Below, in pieces: positions 58,346-64,000 of a stretch of 64,000 nucleotides of DNA (position 1 is its first letter; each line of letters opens with the position of its first letter). Where the stretch lies: positions 186,001 to 250,000 of the IMG/VR virus record IMGVR_UViG_3300025162_000016. One strand, written 5' to 3'. The position numbers were made by a program, and so were the translations under genes. The notes beneath the pieces were generated by a model. The model did not search any database. It saw only the letters and a list, made by a program, of their open reading frames with translations, and was not told the DNA's origin.

Positions 58346-59404
58346 ATGAGTAACAACATTGCTGTCATAACTGGTGCCGGGGGAATGGACGCAAAGACAT
58401 TAACCCATTTTTTGTTAAATAAAGGATATAAAGTAATTTTAACATATAGAAGGAATTCGTTTTTTGATGTCCAACACATTAAATCATTATTTAAAACAGA
58501 TTTAGAAGAAAATTTTAATTCTCAGTTAGAATGTGAGGTTTGTGATGTTTCTTGTCAAAATAGTGTTATAGAATGTATTAAAGAAATTATTAAAAAACAT
58601 GGTAGAATAGATGAGTTATATCATTTAGCGGCAATGACTCATGTTGGAAATAGTTTTAAACAAAAGGAACTATCAATTATAGTTAATGGACAAAGTCATT
58701 ATTATTTTTTGGAAGCTCTTAAAAATAATAGTCCAACTACAAAATTTTATGGGGCAATGACGAGTGAGTTAGTAGGTGGAGTGAATCAAATAGCATATGA
58801 TGAAGATATGAAATGGAATCCCAAGTCCCCATATGCTATTGGAAAAGCATTAGGGGCAAGATGGATAGAATTCTATAAAGAATCGGAAGATAGTCATCTG
58901 TTTTGTTGCTATGGTATTCTTAGCAATCACTCGAATACATATCGAAGTTTAGATTTTGCTGTTCGCAAAATAACAAATACGGCTGCAAGAATTTTTCTCG
59001 GCAAATCTTCCCAACTACAACTGGCACATTTAAATTGGGCAAGAGATGAACATTGGAGTGATTTTGGGTGTGAAATGATGTGGAAAATGTTGCAGTTAAA
59101 ATCACCGGAAAATTTTGTAATAGGAAACGGCGAATGCCATTGGGGCGAAGAATATGTAGAAGAAGCGTTTTCTTATTTTAATCTTGATTGGAAAACGTAT
59201 GTAAAGTTTGATACTAATTTAAACAGACCGAATGAAGTTGTTAAATTGGTTTCTAATAGTAATAAAGCCAAAGAAATGTTAGGATGGAAATCAAATAGAT
59301 TAACATTTAAAAAACATATTGAATTACTTTGTAAATTTGACTATGATCTGGAATCTGGAAATGTCCCGGTTCGCCCTGATGTTTTTGAATTATATCCAGA
59401 ATGA
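58346..59404 (+). CDS. gmd: GDP-mannose 4,6-dehydratase
   Basis: ITG..G.D, HLAAMTHV..SF, TSEL, PKSPYA.GK, RKIT, RP.EV. Confidence 0.88.
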   Translation: MSNNIAVITGAGGMDAKTLTHFLLNKGYKVILTYRRNSFFDVQHIKSLFKTDLEENFNSQLECEVCDVSCQNSVIECIKEIIKKHGRIDELYHLAAMTHVGNSFKQKELSIIVNGQSHYYFLEALKNNSPTTKFYGAMTSELVGGVNQIAYDEDMKWNPKSPYAIGKALGARWIEFYKESEDSHLFCCYGILSNHSNTYRSLDFAVRKITNTAARIFLGKSSQLQLAHLNWARDEHWSDFGCEMMWKMLQLKSPENFVIGNGECHWGEEYVEEAFSYFNLDWKTYVKFDTNLNRPNEVVKLVSNSNKAKEMLGWKSNRLTFKKHIELLCKFDYDLESGNVPVRPDVFELYPE

Positions 59405-59423
59405 ATTAATTCATATTTCTTAG

Positions 59424-60745
59424 AGGAAGGAAACCCCAACGGCTTTAGCCTTGGGGAGGAATTCCGACCACTTCCAATATCCTACTATAGTTTAATCCTA
59501 ATGTCAATAAATTCTTTCAGTGTATGAAAATATTTGATGTTTTGAGATTTTTGAACCATACTTATATTGGATGAGTAAATTAACTTACAACACAAGAATA
59601 ATCTTTGAGAATCAACTCGACAATAATAAAATTGTTGCAATGATGGATTCTCAACTATTTGCATGGAACGAGTGTTCTAAAATTAAATTCTCATCAGTAA
59701 CTAAAAATTCCATTGTCGAACTGCATTCTAAATTCTATAAATCTTTCCGAGAGAATAACCCCGATATTCCATCTCAAGTTGTAATTTCTGCCGAACAATC
59801 AGTTCTATCTTCTTACCGATCAATTAAATCAAATAAACATAAAATTAAAACTGCCATTGTTAAGAAAAATCCATCTATTCGATTAGATAAAAGAACATAT
59901 TCCTATAAAAATGGAGTTTTTAGTATAATTTCACTAGAAAAAAGAGTTAAATGTAAACCATTCTTATTTCCAAAACTACAAGAATTAATATCTAAATATT
60001 CTTTTTGCGATCCATTATTATTTATACGAAAAGATGAAGTCTGGATTTCTCTTACTTTTAACATTCCCGTTTTATTACCCACCAAGATACTAGCCATTGG
60101 AGTTGATTTAGGTTGCATAAATTTAGCAGCAACTAGCGAAGGTAAATTATATAAAGATAAATCGTTTAACGCTAGAAAACGACAGTTGAGACATTTAAAA
60201 TCATCATTAAAATCCAAAGGTACTAAATCCTCTCGTAAACATTTAATTAAATTACATCACAAAGAACATAATATAAATAAAAATTTATCGCATCATTTAG
60301 CAAATATAATCATTAAAGATACCACTGCGGATGTGATTGTCCTAGAAAACTTAAAGTCATTAAAAGTAAAAAAACATAAGTATCAGAATAAAAATAGAAT
60401 TTCTCAAGTTCCTATGTTTGAATTGAGAAGAATACTTACCTATAAGGCACTCCTGTCTAATAAACAGGTGATAACAGTTAGTCCATCGTTCACTTCGCAA
60501 ATTGACCATAGAACCGGAAAATTGGATGGTCAAAGAATTGGTGGTAGGTATATCGGAAAAGATGGTCAGATATTACATGCGGATATAAATGCTGCATGTA
60601 ATATAGGATTACGTTCCAAACACCCATGCTCAATAAGAAATTATTATGTATGGCAGGCGACAGTCAATTCGCCAATCGTATGTAAATCTTCTGCTAGTAG
60701 AGAAGTATTACAAGCCCCTATCCCTTTAGGGTAGGGGTTGTTGAC
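59424..60745 (+). mobile_element. non-autonomous IS200/IS605 element inserted after TTAG
   Basis: Left-end hairpin CCCCAACGGCTTTAGCCTTGGGG; right-end hairpin CCCCTATCCCTTTAGGGTAGGGG-TTGTTGAC; removal restores a stop for the HNH gene. Confidence 0.9.
59571..60734 (+). CDS. tnpB: TnpB RNA-guided endonuclease lacking zinc-ribbon cysteines
   Basis: GVDLG, VLENL, HADINAA; TSQIDHRTG replaces CxxC. Confidence 0.92.
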   Translation: MSKLTYNTRIIFENQLDNNKIVAMMDSQLFAWNECSKIKFSSVTKNSIVELHSKFYKSFRENNPDIPSQVVISAEQSVLSSYRSIKSNKHKIKTAIVKKNPSIRLDKRTYSYKNGVFSIISLEKRVKCKPFLFPKLQELISKYSFCDPLLFIRKDEVWISLTFNIPVLLPTKILAIGVDLGCINLAATSEGKLYKDKSFNARKRQLRHLKSSLKSKGTKSSRKHLIKLHHKEHNINKNLSHHLANIIIKDTTADVIVLENLKSLKVKKHKYQNKNRISQVPMFELRRILTYKALLSNKQVITVSPSFTSQIDHRTGKLDGQRIGGRYIGKDGQILHADINAACNIGLRSKHPCSIRNYYVWQATVNSPIVCKSSASREVLQAPIPLG

Positions 60746-60765
60746 TCCTCTATTTTGAGAAATAA
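60640..60765 (+). ncRNA. predicted TnpB omegaRNA (scaffold to 60745, guide TCCTCTATTTTGAGAAATAA)
   Basis: Overlaps tnpB 3' end and right-end hairpin; 5' boundary approximate. Confidence 0.6.
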
Positions 60766-61374
60766 ATTCCAATCTATATGTTTTGCTTCGTGAATTAGTT
60801 TATATCGAGGAATTGGGTTTGGTTTTTCCGGTAACCTAATTAATTTCAAACCGGCTTCTTCCGGTGTTTTGTTAGACTTAATTGTATTGAGATTTTTATC
60901 AGAACAAACGAGATTTTCCCACGAATTATCTCCTCCACGAGATTTTGGACGAACATGATCAATAGAAATCTGATCCTTTTTTAACTTGCGGCCCGTATAT
61001 TGACACCGATTGCCATCTCGAATACGAATTTGTTCAGTGGAAGGATTTTTACCAAATTTCACCTCGGGCACCTTGCCATAATTTTTTACAATTAAAATCG
61101 TCGGAATTCTGATTTCCATGCGAATTGTCTTAATTGAAAAATCCCATTCCCGAATCGGTAGCGTAATCCATTCTTCCCATTCCACTGGTCGAATTTGTAA
61201 TGGTTGACTAAAATCAACCAATCCCTCCTCGCTTATAACATAATCAATATCTAATGCATAACTGTTTTTCCCACCCGCAAGATCCACCAGTGCCTTCCCA
61301 ACATTAAATTGATCTATTACCTGCCAATGCCTATTTAATTTTAAACAAAGTAATTTATTTTCTATTCCCTTCAT
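60718..61374 (-). CDS. HNH endonuclease (McrA-like)
   Basis: RD...CQY, IDHVRPKSRGG..SWENLV, N..K..KTPEEA. Confidence 0.9.
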   Translation of the reverse strand: MKGIENKLLCLKLNRHWQVIDQFNVGKALVDLAGGKNSYALDIDYVISEEGLVDFSQPLQIRPVEWEEWITLPIREWDFSIKTIRMEIRIPTILIVKNYGKVPEVKFGKNPSTEQIRIRDGNRCQYTGRKLKKDQISIDHVRPKSRGGDNSWENLVCSDKNLNTIKSNKTPEEAGLKLIRLPEKPNPIPRYKLIHEAKHIDWNLFLKIEESTTPTLKG

Positions 61375-61437
61375 AAATCATAAATATACGGAAAAAACTC
61401 AAGAGATTGTTTGTAGTTTTTTATATTTATATGAAAT

Positions 61438-61710
61438 ATGATTAAACTCAAAGATATTCTAGGTGGAAATGTTGACTCGATTAAATGGATAGTTGGTATC
61501 GTGGATAATTATGGAAAAATTCATCACAAGGTAGTGCAACTGAACGATCCTATTGATAGTCATAACCAAATTTGGCCGCTTGCTCATCATGGAAAATGGA
61601 GATGGATGCCAAGTAAACCAACTCAAATGAACACATACAACGAACAATTAGATGAAGATGCTATCGATGCTATTTGGCAGCTTATTGATCGTTATAGATT
61701 ATTTTTATAA
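61438..61710 (+). CDS. hypothetical protein
   Basis: MIKLKDIL N-terminus; TATTTATA box 6 nt upstream. Confidence 0.65.
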   Translation: MIKLKDILGGNVDSIKWIVGIVDNYGKIHHKVVQLNDPIDSHNQIWPLAHHGKWRWMPSKPTQMNTYNEQLDEDAIDAIWQLIDRYRLFL

Positions 61711-61714
61711 TTTT

Positions 61715-62272
61715 TCACCACAAATTATCGATTAATCCCCATTCTTTAGCTTGATTAGCATCGAAATAGCGATCTCCTACTTTTTCACATTGCGATTTCC
61801 AAAATGTCTTGGATTTTTTTGTATGATTCTCCATTAAGCTGTTCCAACGTTCCTCAACTTCTCCAAAATGAGCGAGATCATTTTTAACCTCATCCATTTT
61901 TCCACCAATATCCCCGTAGCTTTGATGAACCATAAAATATGTGTTTGGAGTAGCATAACGATGTCCTTTTTTTCCACAGGCGACTAATAACGGCGCTGCT
62001 GACATACATTTCCCCATTGCTATGGTATATATTGGAGCTTTGCATTTCTGTATAGTGTCGTAAAGTGCAAACATGTCATATTGACATCCCCCATAAGAGC
62101 CAACAAAAAGTTCAATTGGGCTCTTAGATGATTCTGTTTCCATCAGATATATCGCCTTAACCACTAATCCGATTGGCATATTTTCTACATCGTCAAATAA
62201 AAATACTCTACGGTTATTGCGATCAACGCCGTGAGAAAATAAAATATCGGTCCAATCTATAGTTGTTTTCAT
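61715..62272 (-). CDS. clpP: ClpP-family protease subunit
   Basis: S.GG, GKCMSAA (Ser), MVHQ (His), DRYF.A.QA.EWGLID. Confidence 0.92.
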   Translation of the reverse strand: MKTTIDWTDILFSHGVDRNNRRVFLFDDVENMPIGLVVKAIYLMETESSKSPIELFVGSYGGCQYDMFALYDTIQKCKAPIYTIAMGKCMSAAPLLVACGKKGHRYATPNTYFMVHQSYGDIGGKMDEVKNDLAHFGEVEERWNSLMENHTKKSKTFWKSQCEKVGDRYFDANQAKEWGLIDNLW

Positions 62273-62295
62273 GACTATAAATAGAATAGATATTT

Positions 62296-63102
62296 TTAAA
62301 CAATGTCAGCTAATTTGTTAATAGATAATGTTGAACCGTCCCATATTGCATAATGCATGTTTTTCCAAACGTCCAAACACAAATTATATGTTGTATTGGT
62401 CGTTTTTGTTTGTTTTTTCGTTGGAGTCCAATTAGAAGATAATTCAAAGTATGGCTGTGAATCATTAGAATCCTGAATCAACCAAGATGCTGATCCGTGT
62501 TGTTGGGGACTATGACCATAAATCTGAGAAAGCCCGGTAATAGGGAGCATCTCTTTATTATGATCACACCACGTAATCCCCCCTACTCGTTGAAATCCTC
62601 CACGGGAATGTCCCGCACAAAAAATCCAACTATTTTGCCGGTGACCTTCAATAATTTCATTATCAAGATAATTAGATATTTCTTTTAGAAATGCCGGACG
62701 ATTTGTATGAAGATTGGCTATATTTTCCGGCAGATTAGATTTATGTAATCCACCATGACTCAATAACCATGTGTTATCGAGGATATGATAGAATTTAAAT
62801 TTATTCCAAACGGTATGATCTATTCTATCCCGAACGATAAAATGTTTCCATTGAGTATATCCAGAACATCTCCAATGTTCTGCTGGGAATGCGTAGTGGC
62901 AATCATGATTTCCAAATAAATGGATTCGATTAGGTTGTTTCACCGAATTCTCTAACCAATCACACATTTCGTTAACCGATTCCGGGTCGTCATTGAAGTC
63001 ATCGAAAAAATCCCCGAGGAAAATAATGTCATCTGCCCCAACGAAATCAATGATTTTTTGAGCCGCCTCCCATTGTAAATGTAAATCCGGCAGAATTAGC
63101 AC
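62296..63102 (-). CDS. calcineurin-like metallophosphoesterase
   Basis: DLH, GDFFD, GNHD, SHGG, GHS. Confidence 0.92.
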   Translation of the reverse strand: MLILPDLHLQWEAAQKIIDFVGADDIIFLGDFFDDFNDDPESVNEMCDWLENSVKQPNRIHLFGNHDCHYAFPAEHWRCSGYTQWKHFIVRDRIDHTVWNKFKFYHILDNTWLLSHGGLHKSNLPENIANLHTNRPAFLKEISNYLDNEIIEGHRQNSWIFCAGHSRGGFQRVGGITWCDHNKEMLPITGLSQIYGHSPQQHGSASWLIQDSNDSQPYFELSSNWTPTKKQTKTTNTTYNLCLDVWKNMHYAIWDGSTLSINKLADIV

Positions 63103-63119
63103 ATTATTTTTATCGTTCT

Positions 63120-63467
63120 TTACAATGTTATAATTCTACTTTTTTCTTTCCTCTCCCACCCATATGCATTCATTTGGGTTTCAGGAATTACTTCAAGCGA
63201 TTCATCTATCCCCATAAGAATAAAACAAACGTTTTTCTCTCTGAAATGTTGACTCAAAGGACGCAATGCTTTACTAATTTGTTGTCCCGCTGCCATTCTT
63301 TTAGCCGTTTCAGGCTGATCAATTTTAATGATAATAACGCTATTGGGCAATATATCATCAATATTGATTTTTACTACTTCTGCCTCCTTTGGCAATACTG
63401 CTTCTGTAGGTGACGGAGTTATAAATTCCGGTAAAATCGGTAGGTTTATTATATTATTTTCGCTCAT
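63120..63467 (-). CDS. hypothetical protein
   Basis: ORF in minus-strand run. Confidence 0.6.
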   Translation of the reverse strand: MSENNIINLPILPEFITPSPTEAVLPKEAEVVKINIDDILPNSVIIIKIDQPETAKRMAAGQQISKALRPLSQHFREKNVCFILMGIDESLEVIPETQMNAYGWERKEKSRIITL

Positions 63468-63636
63468 ATTTTTTAGGTTCAATTAATTTCGGACAAGAAT
63501 TGCTTTTATGATTAGTCCAGTGTTCGCACATGGCACACCATTTGTTATGCCAATTTATATCGCTATAATTGGTGTTCCAGTTTTTTGGATTATAACCAAT
63601 AATAGGCTTCATTCCTTTACCCGCAGATGTTTTCAT
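63454..63636 (-). CDS. small zinc-knuckle-like protein
   Basis: CAMC...H....C; ATGA overlap. Confidence 0.5.
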   Translation of the reverse strand: MKTSAGKGMKPIIGYNPKNWNTNYSDINWHNKWCAMCEHWTNHKSNSCPKLIEPKKYERK

Positions 63637-64000
63637 TTAATCGTGGTTATTTCGTCAAATTCCGGTGATTGTGGTTTTTCGTAATTACCAATCATTCTAT
63701 CGATTACGTCAACGGGAACATTACGCCCTCCCTCATCCGCTCGTTTAGAATTTCTTTCCAACAATATCTCACGAGGAAATTCGAATGTGATTGCTCGTAA
63801 GTGGGCAAGTTTCTTTTTTGCAATATTAACAAAATCTTTGCGAGCTTTTTTAGAACAAAAACAGGCATCGACGACCACGTTTTCACCATTATTTAACCTT
63901 GATTCCATTTCCTCTTTTAAAAGTGCAAAGGCTTGAGCGGATACAGATTGATCGTCTTCGTTTCTTCCAAGTCTGGCTCGATTGCGGTCTGAGGATAAAT
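63633..64000 (-). CDS. AAA_33/polynucleotide-kinase-like P-loop kinase, 5'-truncated
   Basis: Frame open to window end (LSSDRNR); VVVDA, RNSKR, RNVP..VI.RM. Confidence 0.8.
   Translation of the reverse strand, partial: LSSDRNRARLGRNEDDQSVSAQAFALLKEEMESRLNNGENVVVDACFCSKKARKDFVNIAKKKLAHLRAITFEFPREILLERNSKRADEGGRNVPVDVIDRMIGNYEKPQSPEFDEITTIK

Noticed and set aside
24-63889. Many 60-150 aa antisense or overlapping ORFs in the track (e.g. 3024-3356, 40586-40939, 49681-50145)
   Set aside because: Shadow ORFs of well-supported genes with no motifs
1-64000. Stop-codon reassignment as in some jumbo phages
   Set aside because: Conserved genes are full length in the standard code, and TAA, TAG and TGA all end genes

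Overview
AT-rich, gene-dense segment of a large tailed-phage (jumbo/huge myovirus-like) genome using the standard genetic code. Core phage genes are a family B DNA polymerase, gp45-like clamp, gp44/gp62-like clamp loader subunits, dNMP kinase, dUTPase, Cas4-like PD-(D/E)XK nuclease, SF2 helicase, tail-tube-like protein, ClpP, a phosphoesterase and a kinase. They flank two large glycan biosynthesis/decoration clusters (about 5.8-32.5 kb on the minus strand and 44.7-51.1 kb on the plus strand) plus a distant gmd. The clusters encode about 12 glycosyltransferases, ColD-like, HddA-like, Ugd, RmlC and epimerase enzymes, a split transketolase, a B12 radical SAM enzyme, several methyltransferases and a sulfotransferase-like protein. 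Two decorating genes are frameshifted at short simple repeats. Three homing inteins sit in the catalytic motifs of the glycan enzymes. Three non-autonomous TnpB elements (two IS200/IS605-type, one IS607-type that splits a DPPY methyltransferase gene) are present, with exact junctions reconstructable for two. A TA(T/C)TTAT(A) box sits 3-4 nt before the start codon of about 13 ORFs, including inside all three TnpB elements, suggesting a phage-specific promoter giving leaderless mRNA. No CRISPR array, tRNA or rRNA was recognised. All family assignments come from motif recognition by eye, not database searches.
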